Assembly (NCBI GenBank): GCA_049964795.1
Contig: JBMFWY010000002.1
Location: 1 to 64,000, forward strand
Source of the DNA: Candidatus Micrarchaeia archaeon
Lineage (GTDB): Archaea > Micrarchaeota > Micrarchaeia > Micrarchaeales > Micrarchaeaceae
Length of the DNA stretch: 64,000 nt
Direction: 5' to 3'
Shown piece after piece: positions 50,518-59,995 of this stretch. The notes beneath the pieces were generated by a model. That model saw only the letters and a list, made by a program, of their open reading frames with translations. It was not told the DNA's origin and did no database searches. Position 1 is the first letter of the stretch. Every line of letters begins with the position of its first letter. A program made the translations under genes and the position numbers.

Positions 50518-50637
50518 TCAGGGTTTTTATTGTTTTCTTGGAGTATTCTTATGCTTCTCCTCAAGGTAATTTTTCGTCAGCAAAATCTATATATATCTTG
50601 GAAACCTAGATACGCCTAGGGAAAATGGTTCCTTTGC

Positions 50638-51693
50638 ATGGAGAAAGAGGCAATACTTTGGAAAAGTCTTGGCAATGGGCGCGTAGAATGCATAGCCTGT
50701 GCAAGGCGCTGCAAGATACCTGATGGAGGGAGAGGTTTCTGTTTTATAAGAAGAAATAAGGGAGGCAAGTTGTACCTGGAGAGCTACGGGAAACTCGAAG
50801 CGGTGCAGCTGGATCCGATCGAAAAGAAGCCGTTTAATCATTTCATGCCTGGAAGCTATGTGCTTGGTGTTGGCACTTCTTCATGCAACTTCGGTTGCCT
50901 GTTTTGCCAAAACCACAATATCTCAAAGGAGAAAGAGGTAAAAGGTATCGACATCTCACCCAAAGAACTGGTAGAACTGGCAAAGAAAAACGGCGCCCAA
51001 GGGATTGCCTTCACATATAACGAGCCTACTATTTTCATAGAATATGCGCTTGACACAGCCAAAATTGCGCATGAAGAAAACCTTTTCAATGTCTTTGTAA
51101 CTAACGGCTACATGACATCTGAAGCGGTGCAGGAGATGAAAGGACTGATAGACGCGGCCGTAGTCGACTTAAAGGGCAACGGGGAAGAGAAATTCGCCAA
51201 CAAATATGAAGCAGTAGTATCAAGCGAAGCGATAAAATCCTCACTTATAGCACTGAAGCATGCCGGCATACATATAGAAATAACTGACCTAATAATACCT
51301 CGTGTCGGCGATTCGCTCGAAGCATGCGATAGCCTCACAAAATGGATTTCGAAAGAGCTAGGAAAAGAGACGCCTATTACTTTTACCCGTTTTTATCCCG
51401 ATTACAAGATGCTAGACTACCCCGAAACACCGCTGGAGACCCTTGTTTCACATTACAAGATCGCAAAAGCAAACAGTCTGAAATTTGTCTATATCGGAAA
51501 CGTTCCAGGCACGGGATATGAAAATACCTACTGTCCAAAATGTGGCGAAGAGCTAATTTCGAGATCCGGTTTCGAAATCTATAGCTGGAAGGTTACCCCA
51601 GAAGGCAAATGCCCAAAATGCGGAGAAAAAATACCTATAGAAGGCAGCCCGCCAAAATCTTTCAAGCATAAGGAAATAAAAGTGCTCTATTAG
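50638..51693 (+). CDS. AmmeMemoRadiSam-type radical SAM enzyme (PflA-like)
   Basis: N-terminal CxxC..C..C, DPIEKKP, CNFGCLFC, FTYNEP, C-terminal zinc ribbons. Confidence 0.9.
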   Translation: MEKEAILWKSLGNGRVECIACARRCKIPDGGRGFCFIRRNKGGKLYLESYGKLEAVQLDPIEKKPFNHFMPGSYVLGVGTSSCNFGCLFCQNHNISKEKEVKGIDISPKELVELAKKNGAQGIAFTYNEPTIFIEYALDTAKIAHEENLFNVFVTNGYMTSEAVQEMKGLIDAAVVDLKGNGEEKFANKYEAVVSSEAIKSSLIALKHAGIHIEITDLIIPRVGDSLEACDSLTKWISKELGKETPITFTRFYPDYKMLDYPETPLETLVSHYKIAKANSLKFVYIGNVPGTGYENTYCPKCGEELISRSGFEIYSWKVTPEGKCPKCGEKIPIEGSPPKSFKHKEIKVLY

Positions 51694-51770
51694 GCATCCT
51701 TTTACTTTTTAGAGCCTCTTATTTAGTCATTGCTTTATAGGTTTTTAGCAAATACCTATGTGGTGGTAAC

Positions 51771-53129
51771 ATGTCAAATGGTAATAATTTGGATGGCGAT
51801 GCTAAAAGAGTGATAATCCTCGGTGCTGCAGGAAGGGACTTTCACGACTTTAACGTACTGTTTAGGGACAACCCCAAATACAACGTTGTGGCTTTCACAG
51901 CAACACAGATCCCATTCATATCAGACAGAATTTATCCAAAAGAGCTAAGCGGCAAATATTATCCTAAAGGAATCAGGATATACAACGAATCAGAATTGCC
52001 TATTCTAATAAAGAAATTCAAAGCTGAATCATGCATACAAGCATACAGCGACTTGCCTTATTCTAGCGTAATGGAGAAGGCTTCTATAGCAAATGCGAGC
52101 GGGGCCGATTTTTGGCTTGTTGCGCCAGAAAAGACAATGCTAAAGTCAAGCAAGCCTGTAATAGCCGTCTGTGCAGTTAGAACAGGTTCAGGCAAAAGCC
52201 AAACCTCAAGGTATATATCTTCGTTCATCAAAAGCAAGGGGCTTCGCGCTGTGGTGATACGGCATCCTATGCCCTACGGGGTGCTCAAGGATCAGATAGT
52301 CGAACGTTTTGCAACTCTTAAAGATCTGGACAAGTACAAAACCACAATAGAGGAGCGCGAGGACTACGAACCGCACATCCGAAACGGATTTGTAGTATAC
52401 GCTGGAGTAGATTACGAAAAAATATTAAGGCAAGCTGAGAAGGAGGCAGATATAATAATTTGGGATGGCGGCAATAACGATGCTCCTTTCATAAAGCCTG
52501 ACTTTATGATTACAGTGGCAGATCCTCTGCGCGCAGGAAACGAGATTTCTTATTATCCAGGGGAGACCGTGGCTCGCATGGCAGATATGATTCTAATAAA
52601 CAAAGTAAATTCCGCAACAAAAGAGCAGATAGATGAAGTAGTAGAGAATTTGTCACATATAAACCCTAAGGCAAAGATTACCTATGCCGATTCTGAAGTA
52701 ATGCCCGACAATCCTGGTATTATAAAAGGCAAGAAAGTGCTTGTAATAGAAGATGGGCCTTCAATAACCCATGGAGGCATGCAGTTCGGTGCAGGGACTG
52801 TTGCAGCAAAGCAATTTGGCGCAAAAGAAATAGCCAGCGCAAAAGAACATGCAGTAGGAACTATAAAAGAAACATTTGAGAAATACCCAAAGCTCAAAAA
52901 TGAGCTGCCTGCAGTTGGTTACTCCCCGAAACAAATACGTGATTTGCAAAACACGATAAACGGGGTAGACTGCGATATTGTAATTTCCGCTACTCCAACA
53001 GATCTGCGCAGAATTCTTAGCATAGACAAGCCCATAGTACAGGTAAGATACGAGCTAAAACCAAAAGGGAAGGAATTTGATGCAGCGCTCCTGCAATTCA
53101 TAAAAGCTATCAAGACCAAAAAGCATTAA
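51771..53129 (+). CDS. COG2403 P-loop protein (cyclic 2,3-diphosphoglycerate synthetase-like)
   Basis: GAAGRDFHDFN, VRTGSGKS, RHPMPYG, WDGGNND, EDGP. Confidence 0.85.
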   Translation: MSNGNNLDGDAKRVIILGAAGRDFHDFNVLFRDNPKYNVVAFTATQIPFISDRIYPKELSGKYYPKGIRIYNESELPILIKKFKAESCIQAYSDLPYSSVMEKASIANASGADFWLVAPEKTMLKSSKPVIAVCAVRTGSGKSQTSRYISSFIKSKGLRAVVIRHPMPYGVLKDQIVERFATLKDLDKYKTTIEEREDYEPHIRNGFVVYAGVDYEKILRQAEKEADIIIWDGGNNDAPFIKPDFMITVADPLRAGNEISYYPGETVARMADMILINKVNSATKEQIDEVVENLSHINPKAKITYADSEVMPDNPGIIKGKKVLVIEDGPSITHGGMQFGAGTVAAKQFGAKEIASAKEHAVGTIKETFEKYPKLKNELPAVGYSPKQIRDLQNTINGVDCDIVISATPTDLRRILSIDKPIVQVRYELKPKGKEFDAALLQFIKAIKTKKH

Positions 53130-53147
53130 GCTCAAAGGTGCAATAGC

Positions 53148-53564
53148 ATGAATGAAAGGAAAAAAGTCGAAATATTGCTTGTGCTGCTTGCTATAGGAAT
53201 AGTAATCTCCGCTTATCTTGTCTATGTGAGCTTCAACGAAAAAGCGCTTTTCTGCGCCACTAACTCAATAATAAACTGTGAAACTGTGCTCACAAGCAGC
53301 TATTCGAAGGTATTTGGCGTACCTCTTTCATTTTATGCTTTTGCATGGTTTGCAATCGCAGTAGCAGTAGTCAAGCTGAAGCGCTTCAGGAAATACCTTA
53401 AGATCTGGTCGTCACTTGGCTTGGCAGGGCTAGCTTATTCTGCAGCGTCCATGGCAGAAATAGGCAAGATATGCATATACTGCTCTTCCCTCGACATAAT
53501 ACTCCTTGCTAATTTCCTTGTTGTGTTTTGGTGGTTCAATGAGAGTAGGAGGGTTCAGGATTAG
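53148..53564 (+). CDS. vitamin K epoxide reductase (VKOR) family protein
   Basis: Loop Cys pair, VLTSSYSKVFGVP, CIYC redox motif, TM helices. Confidence 0.88.
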   Translation: MNERKKVEILLVLLAIGIVISAYLVYVSFNEKALFCATNSIINCETVLTSSYSKVFGVPLSFYAFAWFAIAVAVVKLKRFRKYLKIWSSLGLAGLAYSAASMAEIGKICIYCSSLDIILLANFLVVFWWFNESRRVQD

Positions 53565-54657
53565 AGATCCTTTGCTTGGGGACATAAAAGCAAACCAGTT
53601 GGAGCTTTCGATAATAGAAACGCCTGAGTTTCAGCGCCTTCGCAGAATTTCTCAAATAGGGTTTTCATCACTTGTCTACCCGGGAGCAACACATGCACGA
53701 TTTACTCATTCCCTGGGTACAATGGGGATAACAAAAGAAATACACCGCAACATATACGGAGGCGACAACGAGGAGCTCTCACTCGCTGCGCTTCTTCACG
53801 ATTTAGGTCATGCCCCTTTTTCCCATGCTTCTGACTCTATCCTGGAAAAATATTTGCATACTACGCATGAAAAGATAGGAGAGAAAAAGATACGCGAAGG
53901 CGTCATAAGAGATAAAATCTCCTCGGGACATTCATTCTACAGGTTTTTGAAATACTTTCGGGGAAAGGGGAAGGGCGTAATATTTTCAGGGACTCTTGGC
54001 TCAGACAGGATGGATTACCTTAGCAGAGACGCATATTATACAGGAGTCAATTACGGCGTCATAGATCAGCACAGGCTCAAATATAAGCTGCAAATGGAAA
54101 AGGGAAAGCTAGCGGTAAACGATTACGATATAAATATAGCCGAATCTATGCTTATCGCACGGTATCTGATGTTTACTGCAGTCTATATGCATCATACCGC
54201 CCTGATTGCAGACGCAATGTATGAAAAAGCTCTTTCTGCTGCTATAGACAGCTCTGAAATTGATCCTAAAGAGCTTGAAGAAAGCGATGATGGGGAGCTT
54301 TCATTGAAGCTCCAAAGCTACAAGGCTTCTCCTATAGCAAAGAAACTTTTTTCAAGGCACCTATACAAAAGAGCGTTTTATACCGAGTCAAAGGTTGATG
54401 CAACAGAAAATGAAATAGCTGAAGGACTTGAACGAGCAGGTGAAGAGGAATTCATAGTTAAAAAAGCAAAAATAAAGCCAAGCGGTGAAGATCTTTATGT
54501 AATTGACAAGAGCGGCAGCATTCTCGGCCAGCTTTCCAAAATCTCTCCAATTGTAAAATCGATCAACGAAGTTATCGAAAGCAAGGAAATCCTGGTAGTC
54601 GCATGCGAAAAGAGCCGAGTAGAAAAAGTTAAAAGGGTTGTTGGTAAACTCTTATAG
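53539..54657 (+). CDS. HD-domain phosphohydrolase (SAMHD1/COG1078-like)
   Basis: FQRLRRISQ, HARFTHSLG, LLHDLGHAPFSH, DRMDYL. Confidence 0.92.
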   Translation: MRVGGFRIRDPLLGDIKANQLELSIIETPEFQRLRRISQIGFSSLVYPGATHARFTHSLGTMGITKEIHRNIYGGDNEELSLAALLHDLGHAPFSHASDSILEKYLHTTHEKIGEKKIREGVIRDKISSGHSFYRFLKYFRGKGKGVIFSGTLGSDRMDYLSRDAYYTGVNYGVIDQHRLKYKLQMEKGKLAVNDYDINIAESMLIARYLMFTAVYMHHTALIADAMYEKALSAAIDSSEIDPKELEESDDGELSLKLQSYKASPIAKKLFSRHLYKRAFYTESKVDATENEIAEGLERAGEEEFIVKKAKIKPSGEDLYVIDKSGSILGQLSKISPIVKSINEVIESKEILVVACEKSRVEKVKRVVGKLL

Positions 54658-54669
54658 CGTATTTGTTGC

Positions 54670-54774
54670 GGGTCCATAGCTCAGCATGGTCAGAGCGGCT
54701 GGCTCTTAACCAGTAGGTCGAGGGTCCAAAAGCCTAAAGCAACAGTTCTAGGCATGGAAATCCCTCTGGGCCCG
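54670..54774 (+). tRNA. tRNA-Lys(CTT) with a 30-nt intron at 59/60 (54731-54760)
   Basis: Acceptor GGGTCCA/TGGGCCC-G, anticodon loop CTCTTAA; T arm GAGGG/CCCTC interrupted by a BHB-like insert. Confidence 0.92.
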
Positions 54775-54797
54775 CGCTTTTTATTTTGAAAAATCTC

Positions 54798-55298
54798 TCA
54801 CGTGCTGTTCTTAGGCAGCGATACATTCGCGCCTATAGGTATATTAAGCTGGGTCTCAAGAACATATTTCCCATTCGCGCATATTGTTTTAGTAGAATAA
54901 GGAGTCGCATTGTAAGCATAAGTTATAATGCCATTTTGGCTTATCCATAATTGCCTAAGTGGGATAATCGTGTTTTTCATCCAGAAGCACTCTTCTGACT
55001 GGTTCTTGAAAACGAAAAGCATTCCAATGCAATTTCCTTCTCCCGAGCAATTGCCTATGGTTGTGCTATTCATATAGCCTTGATACTGTTGTTGAAGACT
55101 TGTCGCCAAATAAGCGTTGCCGCGAATATCATTGGCCCTATAAGCTATTTCTATTGCTGAAGTATTGAAATGTGTATTAAGGAATGCAGATCCTACAGCA
55201 TGCAAGCTATTGTAATCAATCAGATAATAGGCACATATAACAAGCAACAAAATTGCAAACAAAATCAACGCAGAAATCGCTCTTTTGCCTTTATCCAA
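54798..55298 (-). CDS. DUF192 domain membrane-anchored protein
   Basis: GYM, GMLFVF, FWMKNTIIPL, YVLET. Confidence 0.85.
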   Translation of the reverse strand: MDKGKRAISALILFAILLLVICAYYLIDYNSLHAVGSAFLNTHFNTSAIEIAYRANDIRGNAYLATSLQQQYQGYMNSTTIGNCSGEGNCIGMLFVFKNQSEECFWMKNTIIPLRQLWISQNGIITYAYNATPYSTKTICANGKYVLETQLNIPIGANVSLPKNST

Positions 55299-55782
55299 AT
55301 ATATCCCTCTTTATTTTTGACTTTTCCGAAAATACTAGGAAAGTTATTATTATGAAATCGATTATTATCGCGCCATGCATTATGGTGCAGTAAATGCATA
55401 TCGAATGCAGCACTATAAATTCAAGGTAAATGAGGTATGGTACTATTGCAAGTCCTATAAACCTCCATACAAACAATATCCTGAAAATCATTTTTGCAAT
55501 GCTCCTGCGGACTGAAACAAGTGCGATCACAAGCCCTAAGTTCATTATAAACCATATAGCAGCTAAAAGATCGAGCGATATGCCATCTATATCAGAATAG
55601 CTGCTCAGAAGCACCTTTGCGCAATTCAGCCGTGCACCGAATATAGAAGGGCCGTTGGGAAGAGTGCACAAGGGCGGCAGCGTGCCCAGTACATTGAGCT
55701 CGTAGATTACAATAAGCGAAGACGCAAGCCCTATTATTGACATTGTTGTAAGTATTACAATCTCCTGCTTTGTCACTCTCAT
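55291..55782 (-). CDS. VKOR family protein, second copy
   Basis: C..CAKVLLSSYS, VPYLIYLE, CIYC. Confidence 0.88.
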   Translation of the reverse strand: MRVTKQEIVILTTMSIIGLASSLIVIYELNVLGTLPPLCTLPNGPSIFGARLNCAKVLLSSYSDIDGISLDLLAAIWFIMNLGLVIALVSVRRSIAKMIFRILFVWRFIGLAIVPYLIYLEFIVLHSICIYCTIMHGAIIIDFIIITFLVFSEKSKIKRDIFG

Positions 55783-55867
55783 TTAATCTCCCTGCACAGA
55801 TGCAAAGCATTATGTGCCAATCATTATAAAATTATCTTGTTATATCATTTGCAAAAGCGGCGGTATA

Positions 55868-56611
55868 ATGGCTAAATTCGAGAAAAAGGTAAAAGCCAAA
55901 TATAACGACATAGCCAATACTTATTTCAGCTTCAGGATAACAGGCAAAGCGGTACACAACGAATACCTGGAAATGCCTGCCATGTTTGCTGAGCTGGGCA
56001 ATCTGCACGGCAAGAAGGTTCTCGATGTGGGTTGCGGTCCAGGACTTCATGCAGCAATGCTTGCCAAGTCTGGTGCAATTGTTTATGGAATAGACCAGTC
56101 AGAAAAAATGATAGAATTGGCAAAAAAACATACCCCAGGAGCCAATTTTATAGTTGGTGACATCTATCATATGCCGTATAAGAGCGAATTCTTCGATGCA
56201 GCTTTTGCATCTTATGTTGTGCACTATTTTTCGGATCTCGATAGCGCATTCAAAGAAATAAGGCGAGTAATGAAGAAAGGCGGCATATTCGTATACTCTA
56301 TAACAAATCCGTTCAAGGAAGTAACTCATCATCTTCCCGGCAGGCCTTTTTACATGAGGAAATTTGAAAATTATTTTGATGAAGGAGAAAGGAAGGTCAC
56401 CTGGTTCAAAAACACAAAGAATGAAAGCGTAATACCTTTTATCCACAGGACTTTTGAGACCTACATAAAGTCTGCCCTGCGCAATGGATTCGAAATTATC
56501 GATTACCTTGATGCGAAGCCTTTGCCAACGATGAAAGATATAAACAAGCACATATATGATTACGCTATGCACATACCACAGCTGTGTGTATTCAAGCTGG
56601 AGGCAGTTTAG
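55868..56611 (+). CDS. class I SAM-dependent methyltransferase
   Basis: VLDVGCGPG, GIDQS, FFDAAF, MKKGG; ATG 55868 preferred. Confidence 0.9.
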   Translation: MAKFEKKVKAKYNDIANTYFSFRITGKAVHNEYLEMPAMFAELGNLHGKKVLDVGCGPGLHAAMLAKSGAIVYGIDQSEKMIELAKKHTPGANFIVGDIYHMPYKSEFFDAAFASYVVHYFSDLDSAFKEIRRVMKKGGIFVYSITNPFKEVTHHLPGRPFYMRKFENYFDEGERKVTWFKNTKNESVIPFIHRTFETYIKSALRNGFEIIDYLDAKPLPTMKDINKHIYDYAMHIPQLCVFKLEAV

Positions 56612-56714
56612 CAAAAATAAAAATACAAGTGTTGTGTTGAATAATTCCTAATCCTCTACGACGTAACTTTCTTATTGGTGTCTTACCAGATTACCACTAT
56701 ACCAGGTGGCGACC

Positions 56715-57568
56715 ATGGTAAGACAACGTATAAATATGGAAAAAGAAGATATAAAGGTAATAGGGATTGGCTGATTACAATGAGAAATGCGTTGTAAAGG
56801 GCACTTCTTCCTTAATCTCAGTTTTGTAGAAGATTGGGATAAGGAACTAACGAAGATGAACCATGGCAAATTAAGTGCACCATACCTCTTTCCTAGTTCG
56901 TTCATGTAGTGGTTAAGTGCATGGCACCAGTGGGTTGATTACAGAGGATTAGAGGGAATAGCATGATTACTTGAAACTCTCGGTCTTATACCATACTTTG
57001 AGGATTATACTACTGCGTGGTACAGGATACACAAATTCTACCTGCAATACAACCCTCATATAAAGATCTCAATATTGCAACGGATGGAATTGGATGCAAG
57101 AGGGCCAACAGTGGGACGTACAAGGGGGTTCAAATATGGTGGCAGTAAAAGAGGAAAGTACCTTGTTGTTACTATAACTGTTGATGTGAAGCACAAGAAA
57201 TTGCTGGACATAGAGGCGCACGTGGAGGGAAAGGGACCGTCTGAACCCGAAGTTGCAATGGAACACGGGAAAAATTGATAGAAAAAGGGTATAGAGTAAA
57301 CAAATTCAATGGCGATGGAAAATACGACACAAATGAGACCTTTGACTTCTGGCGCAAACATAAAACAAAATGCGCAATACCTCCTCGTTCAAACGCAAAA
57401 ATCAGACTGACAAAGAGCAATTGGAGAAAATATCAGATTCGTAAGTATAGGAAATGGGGACACAAAAGATGGAGAGGTATAAGAAAATATGGGGACAGGC
57501 TCGCGGTTGAAGGAGAAAACTCGTGCGTGAAGAGAGAATTCGGTGAAAATCTGTGCCTCACAGCTTAG
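56715..57568 (+). pseudogene. degraded IS5-family DDE transposase (insertion sequence remnant)
   Basis: Across frames: RDW..YNE..FVEDWDKELTKMNHGK..PYLFPSSF, DYRGLEG, DYTTAWYRI, GDGKYD, AIPPRSNA, YGDRLAVEGENSCVKREFGE; in-frame stops and frameshifts. Confidence 0.85.
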
Positions 57569-58017
57569 ATACAAAGTTTGTTTACAATAATAAAATTTAT
57601 AGTATAAAGTTTATCGAACCCGAGACCTTGGATATAATATTAATGAATTTTAAGAAGGGTAAATTACATATTATAAACGTGCGAGATTCTAAAAAATTCA
57701 GAAAAATTACTGATATTTTTTATGGCCCAGAACATATAAGATTTTATTATAAGTATGATGACCGTTTGCTCTCAGATAACATCATATGGAGGAATTGGTC
57801 TCCGCCTCTTAGATACCGAGGTATCCCAATAAATTCAGATTTTGTTACTTATTTTGCTGTCTCAGTACCGCTATATGATATTAATTTTCTTTATGCACAT
57901 TTCTTGAATTCCTACAAAAAAATTTACTCTAAAATATTTTCAGATTTTAAAAGTGATTCTAATCTACTGGACCTTTACAAATACTTTTTAGATAATATAT
58001 GTTTCTCCAGTAAGTAA
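57553..58017 (+). CDS. AT-rich hypothetical ORF, possibly 5'-truncated by the IS remnant
   Basis: Open frame of 154 codons starting inside the IS end; Tyr/Ile/Lys/Phe-rich. Confidence 0.45.
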   Translation: MPHSLDTKFVYNNKIYSIKFIEPETLDIILMNFKKGKLHIINVRDSKKFRKITDIFYGPEHIRFYYKYDDRLLSDNIIWRNWSPPLRYRGIPINSDFVTYFAVSVPLYDINFLYAHFLNSYKKIYSKIFSDFKSDSNLLDLYKYFLDNICFSSK

Positions 58018-58163
58018 TTATTAGGCACCGCATATTTCACGTCTACACATAACACTTTTACGATTCTTAAATCTCAAAAGCGATTCTTATGTTAAATGAG
58101 GTTAAATTATGCTTTTGCAGGTAGTATACTCATTTTTGGCTATTTTTAAATCACAAAAGAAGT

Positions 58164-59276
58164 TTAATCTCTTATTATAAACTTTTCTAGCGTGTCTCTC
58201 AATTTTTCTTTCTTTTTATTGTGATCTTCCAGAAACGCGTTTATCTTATTTGTCAAGTCAACCTTGTGCTCTCCTGCCGTTAGCGTGCCATTTCTTTCGC
58301 CATCCATAATTTCCTTAAGCTTTTTGTCATCTGGTTCAAAAATGAATTTGTTGTATTGACAGACTACACATTTATCAGGGTCTCCGCCGTATTTTCTCTG
58401 CAATTCTAATGTTGGTTGCTGCCCTGTGAACGCACTAAAGACCTTTTTCTTAACTATTTCTGGAGAATCATTTAGGTATATTGTATCGTTTGTAGAGTGC
58501 GAAGACATTTTAGGACTTCCGTTCAACGAAGGTAAAAATTTGCACTCTATTGTAGCAGGTTTGTAATAACCTAATTTAGCTATTGCATCTCTTGCTATCC
58601 TGAAGTGTACATCCTGATCTATTGCCAATGTGATTAAGCACGGAATATTTTTGCCTTCTTGGACAGACTTTAAAAATGCAGGAACGGCCTGCATACTTGT
58701 GTAAAATATGCTTCCTATGTTAGTTTGATTTGTAAATCCAAACGAATCCTTTACCATTGAAAAAGTGATGTGCTTTGCAACACGCACCGCTTGAGGGTAA
58801 AGAGTTTTAGCATAATCTGTATTAAAAAATATCTTTGTTTTCTTAGGATCAAAGCCGAGTGCAATTATGTCTAGCGCATCTTCATATGCAAGTTTATGTA
58901 CATCTTCAAAACTCATATTTCGCATAAGCGCCTTTTCTTCATCCGGTATTTGTATAATAAGTTCTACGTCAAACTTGTCTTGTAAATATTTAGTGAACAT
59001 AAAAGGCACAAGGTGACCAATTGTCATTGAACCTGAAGGCGCAATTCCAGTATAAAGATAAAATTTGTTACCCTTTTCATATTGGTCGAGTATGAAGTTC
59101 AAGTCTCTCTGCGCAGAGAATATTCCACGCCTTAGCATAGGATGCAGGTCTCCCGTGTGTTCCTTTATCCTACTTAACAGTTTTTCATCAATAGGTTTCA
59201 AACCAAATTCGTTTATTAATTTGTCATAATTAAGCGTTCCTTTTACCTCATACGCGTTTACTATCGCATCTTTCAT
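58164..59276 (-). CDS. trpS: tryptophanyl-tRNA synthetase
   Basis: FYLYTGIAPS, TIGH (HIGH), AIDQDVHFR, KMSS, QRKYGGDPD. Confidence 0.95.
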   Translation of the reverse strand: MKDAIVNAYEVKGTLNYDKLINEFGLKPIDEKLLSRIKEHTGDLHPMLRRGIFSAQRDLNFILDQYEKGNKFYLYTGIAPSGSMTIGHLVPFMFTKYLQDKFDVELIIQIPDEEKALMRNMSFEDVHKLAYEDALDIIALGFDPKKTKIFFNTDYAKTLYPQAVRVAKHITFSMVKDSFGFTNQTNIGSIFYTSMQAVPAFLKSVQEGKNIPCLITLAIDQDVHFRIARDAIAKLGYYKPATIECKFLPSLNGSPKMSSHSTNDTIYLNDSPEIVKKKVFSAFTGQQPTLELQRKYGGDPDKCVVCQYNKFIFEPDDKKLKEIMDGERNGTLTAGEHKVDLTNKINAFLEDHNKKKEKLRDTLEKFIIRD

Positions 59277-59883
59277 TTAAATCACATTACTAATATCTGT
59301 AGCTCATAAAATTTGTCAAAATCTCTGTGGGATATAAGAAATCCGTTATGGAAAGACACTTAGTCGGGTTTTTTCTTGAGTCTTCTACGTGAGAAGCGCC
59401 AAAAGCAACTATCGGTTTTTCCTTGTCCTCCATTCAATCTTTTTAATTTGTTTTCAGCCTGTTGCTTTGTTTCTTCTGTTATATCTGAAACGATATGTCC
59501 TCATTTTGTTGCGTTTTTTGCTATCTCATCTACTCTCAATATTGAAGTGCTGTGACTGGCCAAATGTATGTTTGTTTTTGAAGACGGCTTATTGTTACCG
59601 GTAATCGTATATTTAACAGCATATATACATCTCATTATCTATTTATGCTTTTTGTTCCACGCTCAACTAAATTTGCAAATAAGAAAAATTTATAGATTTC
59701 ATTTTGAAGTTTAACACTTACGAGCGGGAAGTTCCCCGCGCAACCCAGTTACTCTACACGCTAAGACACTCATATCAAGGCAATGGAAGATAGGAGGTGC
59801 AAAATGTAGCATTTATGCATAACCCTATAAAAAGTATGCTTCGATCGAGATTTGAAACCGAAATTTTCGAAGTCACGATTTAA

Positions 59884-59958
59884 TGGGCCTGGAGAGATTT
59901 GAACTCTCGATCTACGGCTTATAAGACCGGCGCTCTAACCAGGCTGAGCTACAGGCCC
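59884..59958 (-). tRNA. tRNA-Ile(TAT)
   Basis: Acceptor GGGCCTG/CAGGCCC-A, D arm GCTC/GAGC, anticodon loop CT-TAT-AA, T arm GAGAG-TTCAAAT-CTCTC. Confidence 0.92.
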
Positions 59959-59995
59959 AGGGCTTATACTATTTATGCATTATGAATAAAAAACT

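Noticed and set aside
50638-53129. Radical SAM plus P-loop protein as a novel pathway
   Set aside because: Both are widespread families, and an intervening T tract and TATA-like box suggest separate transcription units
54775-59883. Integrated provirus or plasmid between tRNA-Lys and tRNA-Ile
   Set aside because: No integrase, no viral genes and no duplicated tRNA 3' end seen; reported only as an islet
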